In this document: positions 37,104 through 46,109 of the stretch, piece by piece | Position numbering within the stretch: the first letter of the stretch is position 1 | How the letters are laid out: the number at the start of each line of letters is the position of its first letter | Assembly (NCBI GenBank): GCA_029978905.1 | Contig: JAPOIM010000003.1 | Span: 37,528 to 101,527, forward strand | Origin: Planctomycetota bacterium | GTDB lineage: Bacteria; Planctomycetota; Planctomycetia; Pirellulales; UBA1268 | Length of the DNA: 64,000 nucleotides | Direction of reading: 5' to 3' | Program-made: the position numbers and the translations under genes | The notes under the pieces: generated by a model | The model's database searches: none | Told to the model about the DNA's origin: nothing | Seen by the model: only the letters and a program-made list of their open reading frames with translations

Positions 37104-39716
37104 ATGCAACCGAACCATTTTTTCAGAAACTGTGCTGTTTTTCTGCTTGCGATCGTAGCCCTCTGCGGCTCTCGTGGCGTGGCCGGGGAATCTCTTCAAC
37201 GGCCAAGCGGCTCCGACGGTGCGGTCGCGGCAACCGAGAGCTCTGCGGCGGGGCTCGCCGGCTTCCGCCGCGACGTCGAACCGGTGCTGCAGGCGGCCTG
37301 TCTCGAGTGCCACGGCCCGGACGCGAGCGAAGGAAACTTCCGCGTCGACACCATCGATCCTGACCTGATCCACGGCGAAGACCTGGAATGGTGGAGGGAT
37401 GTGTTCGCGGTCCTCACCAAGGAAGAAATGCCTCCCGTGGATGCCGACCCGCTGGCCGACGCGGATCGCGTGCGGGTGGTGAACTGGCTGGCACGCGAGC
37501 TCCAGCAGGCTTCGCGGGCCCAGCGCGCTGCAGGCGGCCGCTCATCGCTGCGGCGGATGACCCGCTACGAGTTCGGCTACGCCTTACAGGACCTGCTCGA
37601 GTTGCCCTTTGATTTCGCGCGCGACCTTCCGCCTGACGCGGTCCAGACCGACGGTTTTGAAAATGGAGCCGACACGCTGCAGGTTTCGGTGGGGCAGTTT
37701 ATGGCCTTTCACGAAGCGGCTCGCGCGGCGCTTGCGCGAGCGACTGTCCGCGGCGAGCAGCCTCCGCCGCGATACTGGTCGATCACCATGGAGCAGGGGG
37801 CGGCTGGCGTGTGGCCCGACGAGCCAACTCCCACGCCAGCGAAGCACCCGCGGCCGTACTACAAGCAGCGTTCCACAGGTCAGACGGCGGTGATCCAGTG
37901 GGCGTACCCAGAAGCAAAATATGCATGGCTGCCTGCGGACTCGCCGACGGACTTGCCAGCAGACAGCGATGTGGTGGCGGTGATCCCACCGCGGCAGAGA
38001 CTGACGGTGGAACTCGGGGACCGCGTGCCTGATGCGGGGCAGATCGAGATTCGCGTGCGGGTGTCGCGGCCTGACGACGCGAGTGGTCCGCCACCAAGCC
38101 TCCAACTCGAGTTTGGCTGGCAGGCGAGCAACGACTCGCAGGCGTCGGTCCGGATCAGTCCACACGACGAACGTGTCGAGGCGCCCTCCTCAGCACCGCA
38201 GACCGTCACCTGGCGCGTGCATGCCAGTGAGATCCTCCCACGGAACATGGTCCGCGGCATCAACAAGCTTGGCGATCTCCCGAACCCCTCGGAGTTTCTC
38301 CGGCTCGTCAACAGCAGCGTCTCGACAGGCGACATCGAAGTGCACGCGGTGGAGGTGGCCGGCCCGCTCTACGACACCTGGCCGCCCGCCTCGCACACGC
38401 AGCTCTTGGGTTCTCAAGACCTTGCGGCTCTCACAGCCGACGAAGCGTTGCCGGTGGTCCGCGCGCGTCTGCGCCGCTTCATGGAGCGCGCCTGGCGGCG
38501 ACCGGTGACGCCGGACGAAGTCGATCGCAAGGTCGCGCTCTTCACCACCGTGCGGGCCACGGCGGACGACCTGCAAGAAGCAGTTGTTGAGACGCTGGCG
38601 GCAGTCATCGCCTCACCCAACTTTCTCTATCTGACTGGCCCTGAGCACGTGCTCACCGGCCCCGAGCATGTGGTCGACGCGGGATCACACGTCGAAGCGC
38701 AGGCGCTTGAGCCCGCCGAACTCGCCACGCGTCTTGCGATGTTGCTTTGGTGCAGCCTGCCAGACGAGCCGCTGCGTGTGGCGGCCGCAGAGGGGGCACT
38801 CGCCGAACCTGGTGCGGTTGCCGAGCAGGCCAGGCGGCTCCTCGCCGATCCACGCAGCCACCGTTTCTGTGAACAGTTCACGAGGCAATGGCTCGACCTC
38901 GACCGGTTGGCGTATCTCGAGGTGGACCGGAAGGTCTATCCCGCGTTCGATCCCTCGCTCGTGGAGGCGATGCGGAGCGAGCCAGCCACCCTCTTTGCCG
39001 AAATGCTCCGTGAGGACCGGAGCGTGGGAGATCTGCTCGATGCCGACTACGTGATGGTCAACGAGCGGCTCGCTCGGCACTACGGCATCGGTGGTGTGGA
39101 TGGAAACGCGTTTCGCGAGGTCGCGCTGGAGGGAGACCAGCGGCGCGGCGGCCTGCTCACGCAGGCGGGGTTGCTGGCGATGAACGCCGATGGGGTCGAT
39201 TCCCACCCCCTGAAGCGTGGCGTGTGGCTGCTCGAGCGCCTGCTCGATGATCCGCCACCACCGCCCCCTCCGGCCGTGCCGCGGATTGATCTCGCGGATC
39301 CCGAAATTGCCAAACTCACGCTGAAAGAACGCCTGTTGGACCACCGCAATCAGGCAGCCTGTCGCTCATGCCATGAGCGGATCGATCCGTGGGGCATCGC
39401 TCTGGAAAACTACGATGCGATTGGTGGTTGGCGAACGGAGATGGCGGGGAAGCCCGTCGATGCCACGAGCAAACTCTTCAACGGCGACACCCTGGAGGGT
39501 GTGGTCGGGCTCAAGACCTACCTCCGCGAGCATCGAGCCGACCAGTTCCGCCGGGCGATGGTGCACAAGCTCGCCAGGTATGCCTTGGGAAGACCGCTGA
39601 CGTTTGCCGATCATGATCAGGTCGAGGCGATCGCTGCTCGGCTCGACGAGCGTGGGGATGGTCTTGCTACGATGATCCAGGTGCTTGTGGAGAGCGATCT
39701 TTTTCGGTCGCGGTAG
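37104..39716 (+). CDS. DUF1592/DUF1588 planctomycete cytochrome-c domain protein
   Basis: Signal peptide; CLECH, MPP, LRRMTRYE, LWCSLPD, SHPLKRG and CRSCH. Confidence 0.9.
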   Translation: MQPNHFFRNCAVFLLAIVALCGSRGVAGESLQRPSGSDGAVAATESSAAGLAGFRRDVEPVLQAACLECHGPDASEGNFRVDTIDPDLIHGEDLEWWRDVFAVLTKEEMPPVDADPLADADRVRVVNWLARELQQASRAQRAAGGRSSLRRMTRYEFGYALQDLLELPFDFARDLPPDAVQTDGFENGADTLQVSVGQFMAFHEAARAALARATVRGEQPPPRYWSITMEQGAAGVWPDEPTPTPAKHPRPYYKQRSTGQTAVIQWAYPEAKYAWLPADSPTDLPADSDVVAVIPPRQRLTVELGDRVPDAGQIEIRVRVSRPDDASGPPPSLQLEFGWQASNDSQASVRISPHDERVEAPSSAPQTVTWRVHASEILPRNMVRGINKLGDLPNPSEFLRLVNSSVSTGDIEVHAVEVAGPLYDTWPPASHTQLLGSQDLAALTADEALPVVRARLRRFMERAWRRPVTPDEVDRKVALFTTVRATADDLQEAVVETLAAVIASPNFLYLTGPEHVLTGPEHVVDAGSHVEAQALEPAELATRLAMLLWCSLPDEPLRVAAAEGALAEPGAVAEQARRLLADPRSHRFCEQFTRQWLDLDRLAYLEVDRKVYPAFDPSLVEAMRSEPATLFAEMLREDRSVGDLLDADYVMVNERLARHYGIGGVDGNAFREVALEGDQRRGGLLTQAGLLAMNADGVDSHPLKRGVWLLERLLDDPPPPPPPAVPRIDLADPEIAKLTLKERLLDHRNQAACRSCHERIDPWGIALENYDAIGGWRTEMAGKPVDATSKLFNGDTLEGVVGLKTYLREHRADQFRRAMVHKLARYALGRPLTFADHDQVEAIAARLDERGDGLATMIQVLVESDLFRSR
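38631..38672 (+). repeat. In-frame 21-bp tandem duplication, (LTGPEHV)x2
   Basis: ctgactggccctgagcacgtg followed by ctcaccggccccgagcatgtg. Confidence 0.8.
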
Positions 39717-39759
39717 CCCGTGGTAGTGCGGTATGTGACACGCAGGGAAGGAGAAGCGA

Positions 39760-41157
39760 ATGGCAAACGCCGTTGCTCGTGAAAACCGTCGCCGTTTTCT
39801 CCGTGGCACGGGCGTGGCGCTTGCGCTTCCGTGGTTGCAGTCCGCGCTCCCGCTCCACGCCGCGGTCGATGGTGCAGAGCCGATGCGGCGGCTGGCCTGT
39901 TTCTACATGCCGGATGGCGTGCCGATGCCACTGCGGGAAGATCCGGCCTATCAAGACTGGTCCTGGTTTCCGCATGGTGCTGGGAAGGAGTTCACCTTCA
40001 GCAAGTGTTTGGATCCTCTGGAGCCGCTCCGCAGTGAAGTGACTGTGCTCTCGGGCTTCTCGCACCCACATGCCCGCAAGATCCATGGCCACTGCAACGC
40101 CGATCAGTTTCTCACGGGAGCCGCTACCGGAGGCAGAGGCGACTACACCAACGCCATCTCGCTCGATCAGGTGTTTGCCAGACAGGTTGGGGATCGCACG
40201 CGGTTGTCGTCGCTCGTGCTGTCGACCGACGGCGGCACGGGGACCTCGCGGGGTGCCCACACGCTCTCCTTCACCGCGAGCGGACGGCCGATCCCGGCCG
40301 AGCATCGGCCGAAGCAGATCTTTGACATGCTCTTTGTGAAGCAGGATGCTGCGGCCGCGCGTCGGCTGGCGATGAGCCAGAGCGTGCTCGACGATCTCCT
40401 TGAGGATGCGAGGTCGCTGAAGCGGTCGATCGCTGCCGAAGACCGGCAGGCTCTAGATGCGTATCTGGAGAGCGTGCGGGAGACCGAACAGAAGGTGATC
40501 AAGGCCCGGGCATGGCTGGAGATCCCCCTGCCGGCAGTGGATGTCGATCACCTCACGCTCGACATCACGCCGGAAAAACCGCAGGCCTACCTGGAGACGA
40601 TGTTTGATCTGCTGCATCTCGCGTTCATGACCGACTCCACGCGGGTGGCCACCTATCAGCTGGGTCGTGAGAACGGGATCGGGGTCAGCGACTACCTGGC
40701 GCGGGCGGTTGGCTTCCATCTCACCCACCAGCTCTCGCATGAGACCAAGCAGCCGGATGGCTGGAAAAACTTTGGCACCTATTGCCGCTTCTTAAGCGAG
40801 CAACTGGGCCGTTTTCTGGGGCGGCTGCAGTCCACGCCGGAGCCGGCCGGGGATGGCACGATGCTCGACAACACGCTTGTACTCTTTGGGTCGGCGTCGA
40901 GCGCCTTCCATCTCTCCCGCAACTATCCATTGATCCTGGCTGGTGGGCGGTCGATGGGCTTTCAGCATGGGCAGTATCTCAACCGCGCCGGCGACAAGAT
41001 GCAGGGGGGCGCCTGGGACGGTGGCACCGAACCGTGGCAGGAGGAGCAGCTGCGTGAAGACGTGCCGCTGTCAAACCTCTTCGTCACGATGCTGCAGCGG
41101 CTCGGCGTAGAGACGGAGACCTTTGCCGACAGCACCGGGACGGTTGATGATGTGTGA
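39760..41157 (+). CDS. DUF1552 protein with Tat-like signal
   Basis: NRRRFLRGTG, YMPDG, ISLDQ, TDSTRVAT and HQLSHE. Confidence 0.9.
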   Translation: MANAVARENRRRFLRGTGVALALPWLQSALPLHAAVDGAEPMRRLACFYMPDGVPMPLREDPAYQDWSWFPHGAGKEFTFSKCLDPLEPLRSEVTVLSGFSHPHARKIHGHCNADQFLTGAATGGRGDYTNAISLDQVFARQVGDRTRLSSLVLSTDGGTGTSRGAHTLSFTASGRPIPAEHRPKQIFDMLFVKQDAAAARRLAMSQSVLDDLLEDARSLKRSIAAEDRQALDAYLESVRETEQKVIKARAWLEIPLPAVDVDHLTLDITPEKPQAYLETMFDLLHLAFMTDSTRVATYQLGRENGIGVSDYLARAVGFHLTHQLSHETKQPDGWKNFGTYCRFLSEQLGRFLGRLQSTPEPAGDGTMLDNTLVLFGSASSAFHLSRNYPLILAGGRSMGFQHGQYLNRAGDKMQGGAWDGGTEPWQEEQLREDVPLSNLFVTMLQRLGVETETFADSTGTVDDV

Positions 41158-41219
41158 CCTGCGGCGGGGCGTGATGCCGCCCGAGGCCGAACGGGAATCG
41201 AACGAGTGAAAGTGAGTGC

Positions 41220-42152
41220 ATGAGTATTTTTCAGGGCTGTATGCCTGCGTTGATGACTCCCTGTGACGCCCAGGGAAATCTTCTCCACGACGAACTCGTG
41301 GCGACCGCCAAGCAGCTGATCGAGGCCGGCATGTCGGCGGTGATCTACTGTGGTTCGATGGGCGACTGGCCGCTCCTCACGGATGCCCAGCGGCAGGAGG
41401 GTGTGCGTCGCCTGACTGAAGCCGGGATCCCGGTCGTGGTCGGCACCGGCGCCCAGAACCCCCACGCCGCGGCGGCACACGCAGCACACGCAGCCGAAGT
41501 CGGGGCAGCAGGACTGATGGTGATCCCCCGCGTGCTCTCGCGAGGCTCCTCGCCGACAGCCCAGCGTCATCATTTTGCCGGCATCCTCAAGGCTGCCGCC
41601 GGACTTCCGGCAGTGATCTACAACAGCCCCTACTACGGCTTCGAAACCAAGGCCGACCTCTTCTTCCAGCTGCGGAAGGAGTTTTCCAATCTCGTGGGCT
41701 TCAAGGAGTTTGGTGGAGCCGCCTCGCTGACCTACGCGGCCGAGCACATCACCAGTGGTGACGCGGATCTGGCCCTGATGGTGGGCGTCGACACGCAGGT
41801 TTTTCACGGGGTCGTGCGGTGCGGGGCGGTGGGAGCGATCACGGGCGTGGGGAACGCGTTGCCACGCGAAGTGCTGCGGCTCTTCGAACTCTGTCGGCAG
41901 GCCGCTGCGGGCGATGCGGAGGCACGGCGGCTGGCAGGCGAGCTCGATTCGGCACTGTCGGTGCTCTCGACCTACGACGAGGGGCCAGACTTGGTGCTCT
42001 ACTACAAGCGCCTGATGGTGCTCGAGGGGCACTCGGCCTATGCCTCTCAGCTCAATCCCAGCGACGCCCTCAGCGCGTCTCAGCAGGGCTTCTTGGAAGC
42101 GCAGTGGCGTCAGTTCCGCACGTGGTGGGACTCCTGGCCAGGCCGAGGCTGA
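41220..42152 (+). CDS. hypD: DHDPS-family Delta1-pyrroline-4-hydroxy-2-carboxylate deaminase (HypD-like)
   Basis: PALMTP, YCGSMGDWP, IPRVLSRG, YNSPYY and GFKEFGG, closely resembling rhizobial HypD as I recall it; adjacent to a hydroxyproline epimerase. Confidence 0.8.
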   Translation: MSIFQGCMPALMTPCDAQGNLLHDELVATAKQLIEAGMSAVIYCGSMGDWPLLTDAQRQEGVRRLTEAGIPVVVGTGAQNPHAAAAHAAHAAEVGAAGLMVIPRVLSRGSSPTAQRHHFAGILKAAAGLPAVIYNSPYYGFETKADLFFQLRKEFSNLVGFKEFGGAASLTYAAEHITSGDADLALMVGVDTQVFHGVVRCGAVGAITGVGNALPREVLRLFELCRQAAAGDAEARRLAGELDSALSVLSTYDEGPDLVLYYKRLMVLEGHSAYASQLNPSDALSASQQGFLEAQWRQFRTWWDSWPGRG

Positions 42153-42154
42153 TC

Positions 42155-43120
42155 ATGTCGCAGCTCAGGGTGCACACGGCGTGTGAGCGGATCGCGTTTG
42201 TTGATAGCCACACGGCGGGTGAGCCGACGCGGCTGATCCTTTCGGGCGGCCCAGATCTCGGTGGAGGCTCGGTGGGCGAGCAGCTCGATCGACTTCGGGG
42301 GCACGACTGGCTCAGACGCTGCGCGATCCACGAGCCGCGTGGGCACGAGGCGATCGTGGGGGCGGTGCTGTGCGAACCGCTCGATCCGGAGGATGCCTGC
42401 GGCGTGATTTTTTTCAACAACACCGGGTATCTCGGGATGTGTGGGCACGGCACGATCGGTGTCGCTGTCACGCTGCATGCGCTGGGTCGCATTGGCCTCG
42501 GGCGGCATCGGTTTGAAACGCCGGTGGGCCGTGTTGAGGTCGACCTGCTCACGCCGCACCGCGTGGCGATCGACAACGTAGCGAGCGAGCGCGTGAAGCG
42601 AGGGGTGTCGGTGGAGGTCGAGGGAATCGGCCGTGTCACGGGCGATGTGGCCTGGGGGGGCAACTGGTTTTTTCTCGCTGACCAGGCGCCGTGTGCCATT
42701 GTGCCGGCCAACATCGGCCACCTGCTCGATGCGGGGGAACGGGTGCGGGCAGCGCTTGTGCGGGAGGGGATCACGGGCCGCGATGCTGGTGAGATAGATC
42801 ACATCGAGTTTTTTCAGAAGAGTGACACGCCCGGGGTCGATGCCCGCAACTTTGTGCTCTGCCCAGGCGGCGCTTTTGATCGCTCGCCATGCGGCACGGG
42901 CACGAGTGCGAAACTCGCCTGCTTGGCTGCCGACGGCAAACTCGCTCCCGGTGAAACCTGGGTGCAGGAGAGCGTGCTGGGAGGTGTCTTCGAAGGCCGG
43001 TACCGCATCAGTGACGAGCGAGGCGTGATGCCCACGATTACCGGCGAGGCATTTGTGACAGCCGAAGGAGATCTGCTCCGCCAGCCGGAGGATCCCTTTG
43101 CCGAAGGGATGGGGCGATGA
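42155..43120 (+). CDS. 4-hydroxyproline 2-epimerase (proline racemase family)
   Basis: DSHTAGEPTR, EPRGH, FFNNTGYLGMCGHG and DRSPCGTGT; both catalytic Cys residues are present. Confidence 0.9.
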   Translation: MSQLRVHTACERIAFVDSHTAGEPTRLILSGGPDLGGGSVGEQLDRLRGHDWLRRCAIHEPRGHEAIVGAVLCEPLDPEDACGVIFFNNTGYLGMCGHGTIGVAVTLHALGRIGLGRHRFETPVGRVEVDLLTPHRVAIDNVASERVKRGVSVEVEGIGRVTGDVAWGGNWFFLADQAPCAIVPANIGHLLDAGERVRAALVREGITGRDAGEIDHIEFFQKSDTPGVDARNFVLCPGGAFDRSPCGTGTSAKLACLAADGKLAPGETWVQESVLGGVFEGRYRISDERGVMPTITGEAFVTAEGDLLRQPEDPFAEGMGR

Positions 43121-44403
43121 ACGCGCACACCGAGGCCACTCCAAAGCAGTCGGTGCCACGGGAGTCGGTGATTGTTGCCGGCGGAGGGATCGTGGGCTTG
43201 GCGTGCGCCCACTACCTCGTCCAGTCGGGCTACGACGTGACGGTCATCGATCAGGGAACGATCGGTGGCGAGTGTTCGCATGGCAACTGCGGCTACGTCT
43301 GCCCAAGTCACGTGGCGCCTCTGACAGAGCCAGGGGCGTTTCGGGTGGCGCTTCGTTCGCTCTTCAACCCTCAGTCGCCGTTTCGTGTGAAGCCGAGGCT
43401 CAGTCCTGCGCTGCTGCGCTGGATGCTGCAGTTTGCACGGCGCTGCACGCACAAGCAGATGCTCACCGCCGGCGCGCATTTGCAAGTGATCCTCAATGCG
43501 TCGATAGCCGAGTATCGAACGCTCATGGCGACGGAGCAGCTCGCCTGTGAGTGGGAGGAGAAGGGGCTGCTCTATGTCTTTGAAAACCAGGGACCGCTTG
43601 AGGCCTTTGCCGCTGAGGACCGGTTGCTGACGGAGCACTTTGGGCTCTCGGCCACCAGGATCGCTGCGACAGACCTGACCGACTTTGATCCAGGACTCAA
43701 GCCAGGGCTCGCGGGGGGCTTCCACTACCCCGGTGACGCCTCCGTGCGTCCCGACCGGCTCAATGCCAGTTGGTGCACCCGGCTGCGGGAACAGGGGGTT
43801 CGCTTTCGCGAGCACTGTGTGTTGCAGCGCGTGCTCCGCCAAGGGAATCGCGTGGACGGTCTCGAGACATCGCAGGGCCCGCTCTCGGCGAAGCACTATG
43901 TCTTCGCGCTCGGTGCCCGCAGCACCCTCTGGTCCAAACAACTTGGTATTTCGATTCCGATCGAACCAGGCAAGGGCTACTCGCTTACCATGCCGCGGCC
44001 AGACCACTGCCCAGACCATCCGATCCTGTTTCCCGAGCAACGGGTGGGGGTGTCGCCATTTGCGCACGGGATGCGCCTCGGGTCGATGATGGAGTTTGCG
44101 GGCTACGACACCACGATCCCGCCGCAGCGCCTTCGTCAGCTGCGAGAGGCCGCCCGTCGATACCTGGTCGCGTCGGTCGATGCACCCGCGGACGAAACCT
44201 GGTTTGGCTGGCGACCGATGACCTGGGACAGCCTGCCGATCATCGGTCCGGTGCCAGGGCTCGCAGGGAGTTTCCTGGCCACAGGGCACAACATGATTGG
44301 CGTCACGCTGGCCCCGGCAACAGGCCGGCTCGTGGCGGATCTCGTCAGCGGCCGCACACCCTTCATCGACGCGGCCCCGTACTTGCCGTCGCGGTTCGGA
44401 TGA
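43117..44403 (+). CDS. FAD-dependent D-amino-acid dehydrogenase (probable D-hydroxyproline dehydrogenase)
   Basis: GGGIVG, SHGNCG, PGKGYS, GWRPMTWDSLPIIG and ATGHNMIG; ATGA overlap with the epimerase. Confidence 0.85.
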   Translation: MNAHTEATPKQSVPRESVIVAGGGIVGLACAHYLVQSGYDVTVIDQGTIGGECSHGNCGYVCPSHVAPLTEPGAFRVALRSLFNPQSPFRVKPRLSPALLRWMLQFARRCTHKQMLTAGAHLQVILNASIAEYRTLMATEQLACEWEEKGLLYVFENQGPLEAFAAEDRLLTEHFGLSATRIAATDLTDFDPGLKPGLAGGFHYPGDASVRPDRLNASWCTRLREQGVRFREHCVLQRVLRQGNRVDGLETSQGPLSAKHYVFALGARSTLWSKQLGISIPIEPGKGYSLTMPRPDHCPDHPILFPEQRVGVSPFAHGMRLGSMMEFAGYDTTIPPQRLRQLREAARRYLVASVDAPADETWFGWRPMTWDSLPIIGPVPGLAGSFLATGHNMIGVTLAPATGRLVADLVSGRTPFIDAAPYLPSRFG

Positions 44404-44407
44404 TGCG

Positions 44408-45772
44408 CTAGAGCGCCGGGATCATGCCGCGGTCGCGGAGCCAGGTGATCGCGCCGCTTTGCCAGGCATCCCAGGACGGGCCCTTGTAGCCGTTGAGGCC
44501 ATGCCCACCATCTGGGAGCCGCAGCAGCAACGCCGGCAGTCCATGCTCGCGGTAGGCATCGTAGAAAAGTTCGCTGTGTGCGATCGGCACCACCGTGTCG
44601 TCGACGGCATGGGCGAGAAACGCAGGGGGTGCTTCGGCCGTCACTTGGAGGTGGGGTGAAAAGCGACGCACGACGTCGTCACTGAGGTGAGAGCCAAAGA
44701 GGTTCTTCCGTGAGCCCGCATGCGCTGTTTCGCCCATGTCGATCACGGGATAGATCAGGATCGCAAAGTCGGGACGAGACGACTGCCGCTCCACAGGATC
44801 AACGGCACCTTCCTCGCCTCCCGCGAAGAGCGTGGTGGTGGTGGCGGCAAGATGGCCACCGGCGGAGAATCCGATGATGCCCACGCGAGCGGGATCAATC
44901 CGCCAATCGGTCGCATGGTGACGAACGGTGCGGAGGGCGCGGGCTGCGTCGAGCAGCGGCACCTCGGTGCGACCGTGAGGTAGACGGTATTCCAGCACGA
45001 TCCCGGCGATGCCATGCGCGCAGAGCCATGAGGCGATGCCGTGCCCCTCCCCGTCGACCACCAAGCCCCCATAGCCACCGCCTGGACAGATGACGGCCGC
45101 AGCCCCATTGGGCTGCTCAGGCAGATGGACGGTGATGAAGGCGTTCTCATCAGCGGGCGTGGAGGCCTCGTCATTCGTGAGCATGCCCACAGGGGGTGTG
45201 GCCTTCCACAGCGGTGTGCGTGGGAGCACTTCTTCGGCCTGGCTTGTTCCCAGGGCCACGGCGAGAAGCAACGGCGCGAGCCACAGCGCGGCCCGACCGC
45301 TCGAAGGGAGCGTCGACTCGGAAGCCTGGGAGCGGTTGCTGTTGGATCGGGAGGAGGCCAAGGCCTCACGCCGTGCGGCGAGCAGGATCATCGTAAAAGG
45401 AATCCACCAGAGGAGATCGTTTGTCGGGAGCGTCACACCGAATGCAGTCGGCACGTCGCCGCGGATCACGCCACTGACGTAGCCGATCGGACCGAAGACC
45501 TTGCCAAGGAGTCCCACCAAAACAATGGGCCAGTGTCGTAGCGGATTTGTGGCTGCCGCAAGATACCCCACGCCATACACGCCCACGATCATGCCCACGC
45601 ACTGCCAGAGAAATGGATACCGTGGCTGCTCGAGCCCTGTGAGCACAAAGAGCCAGGAGGGCACGAGCACAGTCAGGCTGCCCCACAGCAGGTTGTAGAT
45701 TCCCGCCGCGAGCAGCCAGTGTTTCATCCATGGTCGCCCGGCGGGGCGGGCCTCGTCGGCGATCAAACTCAT
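44408..45772 (-). CDS. Fusion of an N-terminal multi-TM domain and an alpha/beta-hydrolase (acetylxylan-esterase-like)
   Basis: N-terminal 4-TM domain (AAGIYNLLWG...HWPIVLVGLLGKVFGPIG...NDLLWWIPF). C-terminal PGGGY, GFSAGGH, DDTVV and GGHG catalytic motifs. Confidence 0.8.
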   Translation of the reverse strand: MSLIADEARPAGRPWMKHWLLAAGIYNLLWGSLTVLVPSWLFVLTGLEQPRYPFLWQCVGMIVGVYGVGYLAAATNPLRHWPIVLVGLLGKVFGPIGYVSGVIRGDVPTAFGVTLPTNDLLWWIPFTMILLAARREALASSRSNSNRSQASESTLPSSGRAALWLAPLLLAVALGTSQAEEVLPRTPLWKATPPVGMLTNDEASTPADENAFITVHLPEQPNGAAAVICPGGGYGGLVVDGEGHGIASWLCAHGIAGIVLEYRLPHGRTEVPLLDAARALRTVRHHATDWRIDPARVGIIGFSAGGHLAATTTTLFAGGEEGAVDPVERQSSRPDFAILIYPVIDMGETAHAGSRKNLFGSHLSDDVVRRFSPHLQVTAEAPPAFLAHAVDDTVVPIAHSELFYDAYREHGLPALLLRLPDGGHGLNGYKGPSWDAWQSGAITWLRDRGMIPAL

Positions 45773-45977
45773 GGCAGCAGCTCACGTGGCAGGGGCGATC
45801 CTGAGGCCGCCATGCGTCGACGGGCCTCTGGTGGATGCTAGGCGCCCGCGGTGAGGATGGCGGGAAATTCGCTGAAACCGGGTTTTCGCCCCGATTTGAC
45901 GCCACTTTGGGGGGGCAGGAGAAACCTTGGCCTGCGGCGGGGATGGCCATACACTTGAGGGGTTGGTTGGGGGGTGG

Positions 45978-45991
45978 GCCACGGGGGTTGC
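45978..45991 (+). promoter_or_regulatory. Candidate sigma54-like element GCCACGGGGGTTGC
   Basis: Near-identical to 23478-23491; lies 118 nt upstream of the DUF1559 ATG. Confidence 0.45.
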
Positions 45992-46109
45992 CCACGGATT
46001 CTTCGCGTTTTTCTTTTTCTTCTTTTTTAACCGCTGAACTCACCAAAAGATTCGCCCGTTGTGAGCAGCGGCGATCGCGGTGACGTCAGGCCAAGCGAAG
46101 GAGTGTTTC

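Noticed and set aside
41220-42152. dapA (lysine biosynthesis)
   Set aside because: It has GSMGD instead of GTTGE, and its context is a hydroxyproline operon.
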